Numbered from the stretch's first letter, positions 8,536-18,504 are shown. The stretch is DNA of 64,000 bases from Paraconexibacteraceae bacterium (GCA_963727365.1 CAVSFU010000009.1:253853-317852), one strand, 5' to 3'. The notes: generated by a model from the sequence alone, not told the origin. Program-made: numbers and translations.

Positions 8536-10647
8536 TCAGAACTGTCCGTCGGCGATCAGGTGATGATCGGGATGATCAGGATCGCGACGATGTTCGCGAC
8601 CTTGATCATCGGGTTGATCGCCGGGCCGGCGGTGTCCTTGAAGGGGTCGCCGACGGTGTCGCCGGTGACCGACGCCGCGTGGGCCAGCGTGCCCTTGCCG
8701 CCGAACGCGCCGTCCTCGATCAGCTTCTTGGCGTTGTCCCACGCACCGCCGCCGGCGGTCATCAGGACGGCGAAGAAGAAGCCGACGACGATGACGCCGA
8801 TCAGCAGGCCGCCGAGGGCCTGCCACGTCGATGAGGCCGACGATCGTCGTCATCACGATCGGGATCAGCGACGGGATGATCATCTCGCGCTGGGCAGCCT
8901 TCGTGACGAGGTCGACGCAGGCGCCGTAGTCGGGCTGCTCGGTGCCGTCCATGATCCCGGGCTTCTCGCGGAACTGGCGGCGGACCTCCTCGACGACGGC
9001 GCCGCCGGCGCGGCCGACGGCCTCCATCGACAGCGCCGCGAACAGGCAGACCATCATGCCGCCGAGCATCAGGCCCATGAGCACGGCCGGATCGCCGACG
9101 TCGAACACGAGCTCTGCGCCGCTGAGACCCTCTTCCGCGAGCTCCAGACGGAACGCGGCGAACAGCACGACGGCCGCGAGCACGGCCGAGCCGATCGCGT
9201 AGCCCTTGGTGACGGCCTTCGTCGTGTTGCCGACCGCGTCGAGCGGGTCGGTGACGTTGCGGACCTCTTCGGGCAGGTCCGCCATCTCGGCGATGCCGCC
9301 GGCGTTGTCGGTGATCGGCCCGAACGCGTCGAGCGCGACGATGAGGCCGGTCAGCGAGAGCTGGCCCATGACGGCGATGCCGATGCCGTAGATGCCCTCC
9401 GTGCCGCCGCCCGCGAGCTTCCACGAGCCGAGGATGCCGAGCACGATCACGATTGCCGGCAGCGCCGTGGCCTGCAGGCCCTGCGCGAGGCCCTGGATGA
9501 TGTTCGTCGCGTGGCCGGTCTCCGACGCCTTCGCCGTCGACTTGACCGGGGGGAAGCGCGTCGACGTGTAGTAGTCGGTGATCACGAACAGCAACGCCGT
9601 CACGGCGATCCCGATCAGCGCGCAGAGGTACAGGTCAGACCAGGACGGCGCCTCGATCGCGCCACCGGCGCTGCCGAGGTCGAGCCCGTCGACCATCCAG
9701 TTGGTGATCGGCAGGAACAGCAGCGCGGCGATCAGGCCCGAGGCGATCAGGCCCTGGTAGAGCGCGCGCTCGACGCCGCCGCCCTCGGTGGTGCGCACGA
9801 AGAACGTGCCGACGACCGAGGCGAGGATCGCCGCACCACCCAGCACCAGCGGGTACAGCGCGACTGCCGTTGCGTCGGCCGCGCCGAACGTCAGGACGCC
9901 GAGCAGCATGACGGCGACCGCGGTAACCGCGTAGGTCTCGAACAGGTCAGCGGCCATGCCGGCGCAGTCGCCGACGTTGTCGCCGACGTTGTCGGCGATC
10001 ACGGCCGGGTTGCGCGGGTCGTCCTCGGGGATGCCGGCCTCGACCTTGCCGACGAGGTCGGCGCCGACGTCAGCGGCCTTCGTGAAGATGCCGCCACCCA
10101 GACGGGCGAAGACGGAGATCAGCGAGCCACCGAAGCCAAGGCCGATGAGCGCGTCGACGGCCTCCTTCGGGGTGCGATCGAACGCCCAGGTCAGCAGGCC
10201 GTAGTAGCCGGCGACGCCGAGCAGCGCCAGGCCGACGACGAGCATGCCGGTGATGGCGCCGCCGCGGAACGCGACCTGCAGCGCCGGGCCGACCCCGCCG
10301 CGCGCCGCTTCAGCGACACGCGCGTTGGAGCGCACCGACACGTTCATGCCGATGAACCCGGCGGCACCGGAGAGCACACCACCGACTACGAAGCCGGCGG
10401 CGACGTAGCCGTCCTGGATGAAGATCAGAGCGATCGTGAGCACGACGCCGACGCCGGCAATCACCTGGTACTGGCGCGTCAGGTAGGCCTTTGCGCCTTC
10501 CTGAACGGCAGCAGAGATGCGCTGCATCTCCGCGTTGCCGGGTGACAGCGCGAGCAGCGACTGCGTCGTCAAGAGTCCATACGCCACAGCGACAGCCGCG
10601 CAGACGAGCGCGACAACAACACCGTGGTCGATGAGGAAGTCAGTCAA
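8536..10647 (-). pseudogene. hppA: Membrane-bound H+-translocating pyrophosphatase; one extra nucleotide near 8820 splits off the conserved C-terminus.
   Basis: The motifs [20 protein letters not shown] and [19 protein letters not shown] are present. The C-terminal block [59 protein letters not shown] reads in another frame (track ORF 8556..8762). Confidence 0.9.
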
Positions 10648-10712
10648 GGAAGCCTCCGCAGAAAGTCATCTGGACGTGCCGGCCCCCGGGACATGTGGTC
10701 CGGCACGGCGAA

Positions 10713-10734
10713 GGCCGGACGCAGGCGTCCGGCC
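10713..10734 (-). terminator. GC-rich hairpin downstream of the DUF1844 gene.
   Basis: The sequence is ggccggacgc-ag-gcgtccggcc, with only a weak T-run on the minus strand. A second stem lies at 10676-10706. Confidence 0.3.
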
Positions 10735-10775
10735 CTAAGCGGCGCCGATCCTACCCGGAACGGCGGCGAAATGGC

Positions 10776-11207
10776 CTACTGGCCGGGCACCCAGAGGCGC
10801 CCGCTGCCTTGTGCGGGCCCTGTCCCTGGGGTGCCCTGCTGACCCTGCGGTTCGTCTGCAGACGGCTCACCGCCCGCCGGCGGCTGTCCGCCGCTGAGTT
10901 GGACGTAGGCCAGCTGCAGCTGGCTGATCGCCTCGCGCAGCGCCGCGCCGTCGGGTCCGAGGCGGTCCTCGACGAGCGGCAGCAGGGAGCGGGCGCCGTC
11001 GACGGCCATCTTCACCTGGTCGGGATCGCGCTCGTCCTCGGTGCCCGGAGCCAGGCCGGCCTTGCGACCGCCGAGGTTCAGCAGCGAGACGATCGTCTGC
11101 AGCACGACGTCCTCGACACGTAGCTGCTTGAGCTGCGCCTCGTAGGCCGCCGCCAGCTCCTCTTCGGAGGGCGGGTTGTTGGGGTCGAAGGGCGGCTGGT
11201 CGCTCAT
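10776..11207 (-). CDS. DUF1844-like small acidic protein.
   Basis: It reads MSDQPPFDPNNPPSEEELAAAYEAQLKQLRVEDVVLQTIVSLLNLGGRKAGL...DQVKMAVDGARSLLPLVEDRLG..LREAISQLQLAYVQ. It has a 4-nt overlap with the upstream gene. Confidence 0.7.
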   Translation of the reverse strand: MSDQPPFDPNNPPSEEELAAAYEAQLKQLRVEDVVLQTIVSLLNLGGRKAGLAPGTEDERDPDQVKMAVDGARSLLPLVEDRLGPDGAALREAISQLQLAYVQLSGGQPPAGGEPSADEPQGQQGTPGTGPAQGSGRLWVPGQ

Positions 11208-12346
11208 GTGGCTGGCACCTCGGGTGCGTATGTGGCCTGTGTCTCCGCGACGGACGCCGCGAAAACCTCGTGGAGGGTATGCCCTGCAGCGAGCGCGGCG
11301 CGTTGGCGCTGCGCGCCGTTGCGCTCGGGGAACGCCGGATTGATGGCGATCTCCGCGCGGACGGGGGCCGTCCACTCCAGCAGGCGGTCCACCGCGGCGC
11401 GCGCAGGCAGCGTCGCCGAGGTGTCGAGATCGATCAGCTCGCCGTCCATGCCATGGCGGATCGCGCGCCAGAAGTTCTCCTCGACCAGCCGGCGCGGGTG
11501 GTCGATCCACGGCACGCCCTCGTCGACGTCGCGCGCGGCCTGCGCGACGGTTGCGACGATCATCTCGCTCAGGGCCTCGGACTCCGCAGCGGTGCCCTGC
11601 GCGTCACAGATGCGCACCTCGACCGTGCCGAAGGAGAAGTGCGGGCGGATGCTCCACCAGACCTGCGTGTACTCGACGATCGAGGCCGTGCGGTAGAGGA
11701 AGTCGACGTAGTCGCGATACCCCGCCCAGCCGCCGTAGGCATCGGGAATCCCGCAGCGCGGGAACGTCTTCGTGAACGCCTGCGTGCGCGCGGTGTGCAG
11801 GCCAGCGTCGCGCGCGTCGAGGAACGGCGAGTTGGCGCTGAGCGCCAGCAGCGTCGGCAGCACCGGGCGCAGGCGGTCGCAGACGCGGATCGCGCGGTCG
11901 ATGCCGCGCACGCCGACGTGGACGTGCAGCGAGAACGTGTTGTTGCGCCGCGCGACGTACTGCAGCCCGTCGACGACGCGGCGGTAGTGCTCGGTGTCGA
12001 TGTTGCGCTGGTCGCGGTAGTCGCTGAACGGGTGCGTGCCGGTCGCCCCGAGGGCGGTCTCGTGGCGGCGCGCGTGCGCGAACAGCTGGCGGCGATAGTC
12101 GCGCTGGGCGGCGATCGCGGCGTGGATGTCCTCCCCGCGCATCGAGCGGATCTCGATCTCGCTGGAGATCAGCTCGCCGGCGATCGACGTCGCGAGCGGC
12201 TCCACGGCCGAGGCCGCCAGCTCCTCGTAGCGCGGCGCCAGCTCGAGCGACCCCGGGTCGAGCGTCTGGAACTCCTCCTCGATCCCGACGGTGCGATCGG
12301 TGGAGTCCGCAAACGCGGTCTCGACGGCGTCAGGGTCGAACGTCAC
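11204..12346 (-). CDS. Carboxylate-amine ligase, YbdK/GCS2 (glutamate-cysteine ligase family 2).
   Basis: The motifs GIEEEFQTLDP, SSEIEIRS, NNTFSLHVHVGV and VWWSIRPHFSFGTVEVRICDAQ are present. A GTG start at 12346 overlaps the rex stop. Confidence 0.85.
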   Translation of the reverse strand: MTFDPDAVETAFADSTDRTVGIEEEFQTLDPGSLELAPRYEELAASAVEPLATSIAGELISSEIEIRSMRGEDIHAAIAAQRDYRRQLFAHARRHETALGATGTHPFSDYRDQRNIDTEHYRRVVDGLQYVARRNNTFSLHVHVGVRGIDRAIRVCDRLRPVLPTLLALSANSPFLDARDAGLHTARTQAFTKTFPRCGIPDAYGGWAGYRDYVDFLYRTASIVEYTQVWWSIRPHFSFGTVEVRICDAQGTAAESEALSEMIVATVAQAARDVDEGVPWIDHPRRLVEENFWRAIRHGMDGELIDLDTSATLPARAAVDRLLEWTAPVRAEIAINPAFPERNGAQRQRAALAAGHTLHEVFAASVAETQATYAPEVPAT

Positions 12347-12993
12347 GTCAGATAGAAGTAGAGCGCGTAGAGCAGGTCGACAGCCGGGCTGGACGTGTGG
12401 ACCGTGACCTCCGGCGGCACCTGCAGCAGCGCCTCGGAGTAGTTGAAGATGATCTTCACGCCGGCCTCGACGAGGTCGTCCGCGAGGATCTGCGCGGCGG
12501 CACTGGGCACTGCCAGCACGCCGACGACGATGTCCTCGTCCTCGACGATGCGGCTGAGGTCGTCGACCGGGCGCACCTGGTGGGTGCCGACGCTCATCCC
12601 GACCTTCTTGGGGTCGGCGTCGAAGATCGCGACGACACGGAAGCCGTGGTCGGCGAACACGTCCGAGGAGGCGATCGCGCGGCCGAGGTGGCCGGCGCCG
12701 AACAGCGCGATGTTGTGCTGCCCGGCGGTCCGCAGGATCTTGCGGATCTGGCTGAGCAGCGCGTCGACGTTGTAGCCGACGCCGCGCTTGCCGAACTTGC
12801 CGAAGCCCGAGAGGTCGCGGCGGATCTGCGTGGAGTTGACCTTCGTCCAGGACGACAGCTCCTGCGAGGAGACCGTTTCCTTGCCCTCGCGCTTGGCCTG
12901 CGTGAGGACCTGCAGGTAGCGCGCCAGGCGCGCGGCGACGCCAACCGAGAGCTTCTCGGGGATCGCCGCGTCGTTGAGGTCTGTCTGCGTCAT
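12343..12993 (-). CDS. rex: Redox-sensing transcriptional repressor Rex.
   Basis: The sequences RLARYLQVL, SSQELSSWTKVNSTQIRRDLSGFGKFGKRGVGYNV and the Rossmann motif IALFGAGHLG are present. Confidence 0.92.
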   Translation of the reverse strand: MTQTDLNDAAIPEKLSVGVAARLARYLQVLTQAKREGKETVSSQELSSWTKVNSTQIRRDLSGFGKFGKRGVGYNVDALLSQIRKILRTAGQHNIALFGAGHLGRAIASSDVFADHGFRVVAIFDADPKKVGMSVGTHQVRPVDDLSRIVEDEDIVVGVLAVPSAAAQILADDLVEAGVKIIFNYSEALLQVPPEVTVHTSSPAVDLLYALYFYLT

Positions 12994-13008
12994 GCGCGAT
13001 CGCGCACT

Positions 13009-13284
13009 CTAGCCGTCGGTCCGATCCGCAGGGTCGAGCGTTTGGGGGCATTGACCCCCGTGGGGCCTACGCAACCTTTCCTGAAGATCGGCTTCGTCGA
13101 CGAAGAACTCGTAGAGCTCCTCACCGTCAAGCGTCACCACGGGAATGCGCTCCAAATAGCGCTTGAACAGGTCGTCGTCGGAATTTATGTCGATTTCGTC
13201 GAAAGCGACAGAAAACCGCTGGAGCACCGCGCGCGCGTCGTCGCAGAGGTGGCAACCGGGCTGCCCGTAGAGCACGAACCTCAC
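13009..13284 (-). CDS. Glutaredoxin-like protein (DUF836/thioredoxin fold).
   Basis: It reads VRFVLYGQPGCHLCDDARAVL...IPVVTLDGEELYEFFVDE, with a CxxC motif. It has a GTGA overlap with the tsaD stop. Confidence 0.75.
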   Translation of the reverse strand: MRFVLYGQPGCHLCDDARAVLQRFSVAFDEIDINSDDDLFKRYLERIPVVTLDGEELYEFFVDEADLQERLRRPHGGQCPQTLDPADRTDG

Positions 13285-14264
13285 AGGTCGCGCTCCCCGG
13301 TCGCGTAGGCGTCGAGGGCCAGCGCGGCAGCCGGATCGAGCGCGGTGGTGAAGCGTGCCGCGCTGGCGATCATCGCGGCGTTGTCGGTGCACAGCTCGCG
13401 CGGCGGGACCTTGACGGTGCCCGCCAGCGACGCGAGCCGCTCGCGCAGCGGGCCGTTGGCAGCGACGCCGCCGCCGATCGCCAGGCGATCCAGGCCCGTC
13501 TGCTCGAGCGCGCGCGACACGCGCGTGGCGAGCGTCTCGACGATCGCGTGCTGAAAGGACGCCGCGAGGTCGGGCTTGCGGGCCTCGGCCTCGTCGCCGA
13601 GGTCGCGCACGGCGTACAGCAGCGCGGTCTTCAGACCGCTGAAGGAGCAGTCCAGGCCACGCACGCCCTTGGCCTGCGGGAAGTCGAACGCCCCCGGATC
13701 GCCGTCGCGGGCCAGGCGCTCGAGGTGCGGGCCGCCCGGAAACGGCAGGCCGAGCAGGCGCGCGCCCTTGTCGAAGGCCTCCCCCGCCGCGTCGTCGAGC
13801 GTGCGGCCGAGCACCTCGAAGCCGTCGTGCTCGGTGACGTGGGCGATGAACGTGTGCCCGCCAGATGCGATCAGGCAGACGAACGGCGGCTCGAGCGGGT
13901 CGGGCTGGAGGAAGTTCGCGGCCACGTGGCCCTGCAGGTGGTCGACGGCATAGAGCGGCAGCTCGCGTGCCGCGGCGATGCCCTTGGCGGTGCTGACGCC
14001 GATCAGCAGCGCGCCGACGAGCCCCGGGCCTTGCGTGACGGCGATGCCGTCGAGGTCGTCGTAGCTTGCGCCGGCGCGCGCGAGCGCGTCGTCGACGACG
14101 AGGTTGAGCAGCTCGAGGTGGTGGCGCGAGGCGACCTCGGGGACGACGCCGCCGTAGCGGTCGTGGATCTCCTGGGAGGAGATGACGTTTGCGCGGATCT
14201 CACCGTCGCGCGTGACGACGGCCGCGCAGCTGTCGTCGCAGGAGGTCTCCAGCGCGAGGATCAC
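13281..14264 (-). CDS. tsaD: tRNA N6-adenosine threonylcarbamoyltransferase TsaD.
   Basis: The motifs ILALETSCDDSCAAVV, VVPEVASRHH, GPGLVGALLIGV, ASGGHT and CTDNAAMIA are present. The GTG start is at 14264. Confidence 0.93.
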   Translation of the reverse strand: MILALETSCDDSCAAVVTRDGEIRANVISSQEIHDRYGGVVPEVASRHHLELLNLVVDDALARAGASYDDLDGIAVTQGPGLVGALLIGVSTAKGIAAARELPLYAVDHLQGHVAANFLQPDPLEPPFVCLIASGGHTFIAHVTEHDGFEVLGRTLDDAAGEAFDKGARLLGLPFPGGPHLERLARDGDPGAFDFPQAKGVRGLDCSFSGLKTALLYAVRDLGDEAEARKPDLAASFQHAIVETLATRVSRALEQTGLDRLAIGGGVAANGPLRERLASLAGTVKVPPRELCTDNAAMIASAARFTTALDPAAALALDAYATGERDL

Positions 14265-14767
14265 GACGGGCTCGGGGTGACGGGGCCCGAGTTGGGCACG
14301 TCGTCGAGGCTGCCCTGCTGGGTGCCGGGGGTACGCCACATGATCAGGGCGTCTTCACCGTTGTCCTGGTAGTAGCGGCGGCGGACGCCGGCGGAGAGGA
14401 AGCCGTAGCCCTCGTAGAGCTTGATCGCGGGCATGTTGGAGACGCGGACCTCGAGCGTGTAGCGCGCGTCCTCGCCGATGCGCGCGAGGACCTCGTCCAG
14501 CAGCGCCGTGGCGATGTGCTCGCGGCGGCGCGCCGGTTCGACGGCGATGTTCATCACGTGCCAGACGACGTCGTAGCGGCTGCAGATGCAGTAGCCGACG
14601 ATGCGATCCTCGCGCCAGGCGGCAAGGCAGACACCGCTGGGCTTGGAGACCTCGAGCACGAACATCGCCAGCGACCACGGCGTCGGAAACGCGCGGCGCT
14701 CGATCGCGATGACCTGCGGGAGGTCGGCGTAGGTGAGGCGGCGGATGTCGAGGGCGACGGTGGCCAT
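14261..14767 (-). CDS. rimI: Ribosomal-protein-alanine N-acetyltransferase RimI (GNAT).
   Basis: It carries the GNAT core VMNIAVEPARRREHIATALL and LEVRVSNMPAIKLYEGYGF. It sits between tsaB and tsaD. Confidence 0.88.
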   Translation of the reverse strand: MATVALDIRRLTYADLPQVIAIERRAFPTPWSLAMFVLEVSKPSGVCLAAWREDRIVGYCICSRYDVVWHVMNIAVEPARRREHIATALLDEVLARIGEDARYTLEVRVSNMPAIKLYEGYGFLSAGVRRRYYQDNGEDALIMWRTPGTQQGSLDDVPNSGPVTPSPS

Positions 14768-14771
14768 GGCG

Positions 14772-15425
14772 TCAACTTCGCGGCTTCGCGTCGGGCGCCC
14801 TCACGTACTCCGGCAGGAGCGCGTCGCGGTCGGCCGGCGGCGCCTCGGCGGCGAGCCGGCAGAGCGCGCGCGGGTCCAGCCGGTGCAGCGAAGAGTCGTC
14901 CGGGGGGATCACGACGCCGGCAGCGTGCAGCTCAGCGCGGAATTTTACTGCCCCGTCCCCCACTGCCAGCCACGGATCGCCGCCCTGCACGACGTCTGCC
15001 AGTGCCTCCGGCTTGACGGCGGCGGGATCGGCGAGCGGTCGGCCGTCGCGGTGCGCTGCGACGAACGCCTCGCCGCGGCGCGCATCGAGCACCGCCAGCA
15101 CCTGCCCGTCCTGCTGCGCCAGGGCTGTCAGCGTCGGGATCGCGGCAAGCTGCGCCCCCGTCCCCTGCGCCAATGCCCGCGCCGTGGCGACGCCGATGCG
15201 CAGGCCGGTGAAGGTGCCGGGACCGACGCCGACGCCGATGCGCTGCACGTCGGCGAGCCGCAGGCCGGCCTCGGCAAGGAGCGCATGCGCCAGCGGCAGC
15301 AGCTGCACGGCGTGACCTGGCCGTTCGCCCTCAGCCGGCGTGTGGCGCGCGCCGCGCAGCTCCTCGCCGACCTGCAGGCCGACGACGGTCTCCGGCGTCG
15401 CGGTGTCGAACGCCAGGACGATCAA
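14772..15425 (-). CDS. tsaB: tRNA threonylcarbamoyladenosine biosynthesis protein TsaB.
   Basis: It reads MIVLAFDTATPETVVG...GVGVGPGTFTGLRIGVATARALA. Confidence 0.88.
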   Translation of the reverse strand: MIVLAFDTATPETVVGLQVGEELRGARHTPAEGERPGHAVQLLPLAHALLAEAGLRLADVQRIGVGVGPGTFTGLRIGVATARALAQGTGAQLAAIPTLTALAQQDGQVLAVLDARRGEAFVAAHRDGRPLADPAAVKPEALADVVQGGDPWLAVGDGAVKFRAELHAAGVVIPPDDSSLHRLDPRALCRLAAEAPPADRDALLPEYVRAPDAKPRS

Positions 15426-15832
15426 GGGCGCTCGATCTCGACTGTCCGGCGATCGCCGCCGGCGTGCGCGAGCGTCACGCGTGCGGCCACACGCGTGCCG
15501 AAGTCCGCCACCTCAGGCCACTCGACGAACGCGATGTGCTGCTCGTCGACGTAGTCCTCGAGCAGCGCGGGGTCCTCGTCATCCAGGCTTGCCAGGCGAT
15601 GCAGGTCGAGGTGGCTGATCGGCACGTCGCCGTCCTCGTAGCGGCGCCCGATCGTGAACGTCGGGCTCGTCACCGCGCGCGTGACGCCGAGCGCACGCAG
15701 CGCGCCACGCACGAACGTCGTCTTCCCCGCCCCGAGATCACCGTGGACCAGGACGACGTCGCCAGGCTTCAGCGTCGCCGCCAGCTCGGCGCCGAGCGCC
15801 TCGGTGCGCTCAGGATCTTCAGAAACGACCAT
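15422..15832 (-). CDS. tsaE: tRNA t6A ATPase TsaE.
   Basis: It has the P-loop LVHGDLGAGKTTFVRG and the motifs SPTFTI and HLDLHRL. Confidence 0.9.
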   Translation of the reverse strand: MVVSEDPERTEALGAELAATLKPGDVVLVHGDLGAGKTTFVRGALRALGVTRAVTSPTFTIGRRYEDGDVPISHLDLHRLASLDDEDPALLEDYVDEQHIAFVEWPEVADFGTRVAARVTLAHAGGDRRTVEIERP

Positions 15833-16127
15833 CGGGCGCGCGCAGGCGCAGGCCGATGCCGCTCATCAGCAGCGCCATGCCCAGCAGTGCCAGCACGCGC
15901 GGATCGCTGCCGGTGTTGGGCAGGTTGCTGCTCGACGGGCTCGTGGTGCTCGTCGTCGTGTCCGTCGATGGCGGCGGGGGCGGCGCGGGGGTCGTCTCGG
16001 TCGCGGGCGCGGTCGGCGACAGCGGCGGGACGCCGGAGGGATCCTCCTGCGCGAGGGCAGCGCTTGGTGCTCCGGCGAGCATCAGGGCTGCTCCGAGCAG
16101 CGCGATGATGCGACGCGGGGAGTGCAC
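15819..16127 (-). CDS. Small secreted Pro/Thr/Ser-rich LPXTG cell-wall-anchor protein.
   Basis: It has a signal peptide, IIALLGAALMLAGAPSAALA, and a PT-rich spacer. These are followed by LPNTG, the hydrophobic stretch VLALLGMALLMSGIGL, and a basic tail. Confidence 0.7.
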   Translation of the reverse strand: MHSPRRIIALLGAALMLAGAPSAALAQEDPSGVPPLSPTAPATETTPAPPPPPSTDTTTSTTSPSSSNLPNTGSDPRVLALLGMALLMSGIGLRLRAPDGRF

Positions 16128-16200
16128 TGCGCGGGCATTCTACGGATAGCCTCGACCGATCGAGATCCTGCTGCTCACCGAAGACGCGAGCGCGCCGCGG

Positions 16201-17754
16201 TTGGAGCGCGAGGTCGCGATCTGGCGCGCCGAGGGGCACGGCGTGACGGTCGTCGCCGCGCGCTCGCGGCTGGCCGCAGCGCGGGCCTCGCGGGACACGC
16301 AGGCCGACGTCGTCGTGGAGGACATCGACGGGCGTTGCTTCCTGACGCCGCTGTGGTGGTGGCTTGAAACGCCGGTCGTGGCAATGGCCGACGACGTCGA
16401 GGCGGCGCGCGAGCGCCTGCCCGTGCGGGCGTTCTACGGCAGCACCGAGCTGCTGACACACGACACGCTCGACACGCTGCTCGAAGCCGCGTCGGCGGGA
16501 CGGCCGGGCCTGCGCGAGCGCGTGCTGGGGTCGGACACCGGCAAGGCCGCGGGTCTCGCGGCCGCGACGCTGGCCAACAACGCCATCCAGCTGATCTTCA
16601 CGGTGATCGTCACGCGCGTGCTCGGGAAGACCGACTACGGCGCGCTGGCGGCGCTGATCTCGGCGTTCCTGATCCTGATGGTCGGTGGCCAGGCGCTGCA
16701 GGCCGCGGCGGCGCGCGAGGTCGCGCGGCGCAACCTCGGAGACCATGCGGCGTTGCGCACGACGCTCGACGGCTGGGTGCGGACGCTGCTGGTGCTGACG
16801 CTTGCCGCCAGCGCGGTCGGCGTCGCGGTGCGCGAGCCGCTGGCGGCGCTGATCGGCGTCGACGACCACCCGTGGGGCGCGGCGGCGCTGCTGCCGACCG
16901 GCGGGCTCTGGATGTTGCTGTCGCTGCAGCGCGGCGTCCTGCAGGGCCTGCACGCGTTCAAGCCCGTGGCCATGAGCCTCTTCGCCGAAGCCGGCGCGCG
17001 GCTGGCGGTCGGCGTCGTGCTCGCGGTCGCGGCGGGCGTCACCGGCGCCTATCTGGCGACCCCGCTGTGCTTCCTGATCACCTCGATCTGGCTGCTCGTC
17101 GCGATCGACCGGCGGCTCGGGGCGCCGACGCGCCTGCCACGCGTGCCGACGCTGCGCTCGCTGATCGGCGACGGCTGGGTCCCGATCGTCGGGCTCGCGC
17201 TGATCGCCGTGCTGCAGAACATCGACGTGATCATCGCCCGCCACCAGCTCGGGCACGACCCTGCCGGGTCCTACGCGGTCGCGGCGGTCGCCGCGAAGGC
17301 GGTGGTCTGGGTCGCGATCGGCATCGGACTGCAGCTGCTGCCGCACGCGACGACGCTTGCCGCCGCGGGCGAGGACGCGCGCCCAGCGCTGCTGCGTGCG
17401 CTCGGGGTGATGGCCGTGATCGCCACGCCGGCGATGCTGATCTTCGCCGTCGTCCCCGCGACCGTCCTGCGTGTCACGTTCGGGCCGGACACCGTCGACG
17501 GCGCCGACGCGCTGACGCTGCTGGGGCCGGCGATGACGCTGCTGGCCATCACCTACCTCTGCGCGCAGTACCTCTTTGCGCTGGGACACGTGCGCTTCCT
17601 CTGGGCGCTGGCGGTCGTCGCCGTCGCCGAGGTCGTGGTGCTGCTGGCAGGCTCGTTCTCGCTGACGGGCTTCGCCGCGATGGTGCTGTGCGTGCAGGCG
17701 GCCGCAGCCGCGGCGCTGATGCTCGTCGCGTGGCGCTCAGCCGCCAGCCGGTGA
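16201..17754 (+). CDS. MOP-superfamily (Wzx-like) polysaccharide/lipid-linked oligosaccharide flippase with an extra soluble N-terminal region of about 100 aa.
   Basis: It has 12 or more TM segments, including ATLANNAIQLIFTVIVTRVLGKTDYGALAAL and AVAAKAVVWVAIGIG. The N-terminal reading frame stays open back to 16150 (IEILLLTED...), so the TTG start at 16201 is uncertain. Confidence 0.75.
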   Translation: MEREVAIWRAEGHGVTVVAARSRLAAARASRDTQADVVVEDIDGRCFLTPLWWWLETPVVAMADDVEAARERLPVRAFYGSTELLTHDTLDTLLEAASAGRPGLRERVLGSDTGKAAGLAAATLANNAIQLIFTVIVTRVLGKTDYGALAALISAFLILMVGGQALQAAAAREVARRNLGDHAALRTTLDGWVRTLLVLTLAASAVGVAVREPLAALIGVDDHPWGAAALLPTGGLWMLLSLQRGVLQGLHAFKPVAMSLFAEAGARLAVGVVLAVAAGVTGAYLATPLCFLITSIWLLVAIDRRLGAPTRLPRVPTLRSLIGDGWVPIVGLALIAVLQNIDVIIARHQLGHDPAGSYAVAAVAAKAVVWVAIGIGLQLLPHATTLAAAGEDARPALLRALGVMAVIATPAMLIFAVVPATVLRVTFGPDTVDGADALTLLGPAMTLLAITYLCAQYLFALGHVRFLWALAVVAVAEVVVLLAGSFSLTGFAAMVLCVQAAAAAALMLVAWRSAASR

Positions 17755-18480
17755 GGGACCGACGCTGCGCAGCTTGCGCACGTCGGCGGCCTCGCTGTCG
17801 CTGACGGCCGGGCCGCCGAGCTCGGCAAGCGCGCGCTCCAGCGCACCGATGCGCTGGGAGAGGCCGCGGATCGCGTCGGCGACGGGATCGGGCAGGTGGA
17901 CCCAGTCGGCGTCGGGGCCTTCGGGCTTGCGGCCCTCGACGCGCACGACGTGGCCGGGGTTGCCGACGACGGTGGCGTGCGGCGGCACGTCGGTGACGAC
18001 GACGGTGTTCGCGCCGACCTTCGAGCCGTGGCCGATCGTGATCGGGCCGAGCAGCTTGGCGCCCGAGCCGACGGTGACGTTGTCCTCGATCGTCGGGTGG
18101 CGCTTGCCGGTCGCAAAGCCGGTGCCGCCGAGCGTGACGCCCTGGTAGAGGGTGACGTCGTCGCCGATCTGGGCGGTCTCACCGATCACGACGCCCATCC
18201 CATGGTCGATGAACAGGCCCTCGCCGATCCGCGCCGCGGGGTGGATCTCGATGCCCGTCGCCGTCCGCGAGACGTACGCGAGCATGCGCGGAGCCACCGG
18301 CACGCCGTGCTCGTGCAGGGCATGCGCGACGCGATGGGCAAGCAGCGCCTGCACTCCGGGCCACGACGCAAGGATCTCCGTGGCGGGAACACCGCGTGCA
18401 GCGGGATCGCGCTCGTGGGCGGCCCGAACGTCGCGACGGATCTCGCGCAGCACACGGGACAGGGTGCCGAGGCCGAACAT
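17737..18480 (-). CDS. cysE: Serine O-acetyltransferase.
   Basis: It reads MFGLGTLSRVLREIRRDVRAAHERDPAA...GIEIHPAARIGEGLFIDHGMGVVIGETAQIGDDVTLYQGVTLGG, a hexapeptide-repeat region. Confidence 0.92.
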   Translation of the reverse strand: MFGLGTLSRVLREIRRDVRAAHERDPAARGVPATEILASWPGVQALLAHRVAHALHEHGVPVAPRMLAYVSRTATGIEIHPAARIGEGLFIDHGMGVVIGETAQIGDDVTLYQGVTLGGTGFATGKRHPTIEDNVTVGSGAKLLGPITIGHGSKVGANTVVVTDVPPHATVVGNPGHVVRVEGRKPEGPDADWVHLPDPVADAIRGLSQRIGALERALAELGGPAVSDSEAADVRKLRSVGPSPAGG

Positions 18481-18504
18481 CGTCCTCGATACGGTACAGG
18501 CCGC

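Noticed and set aside
7987-10545. 852-aa ORF on the plus strand.
   Set aside because: It is antisense to the clearly homologous H+-PPase gene. Its composition is dominated by R/A/G/D/P with no recognisable motifs, typical of a shadow ORF in about 70% GC DNA. The same applies to 590..1828(+), 2029..3900(+), 2003..3703(-), 11270..12355(+), 15769..17589(-), 28848..30200(+), 30031..31131(-), 35846..38632(+), 48865..50058(-), 52776..54050(+) and 63204..63866(-).
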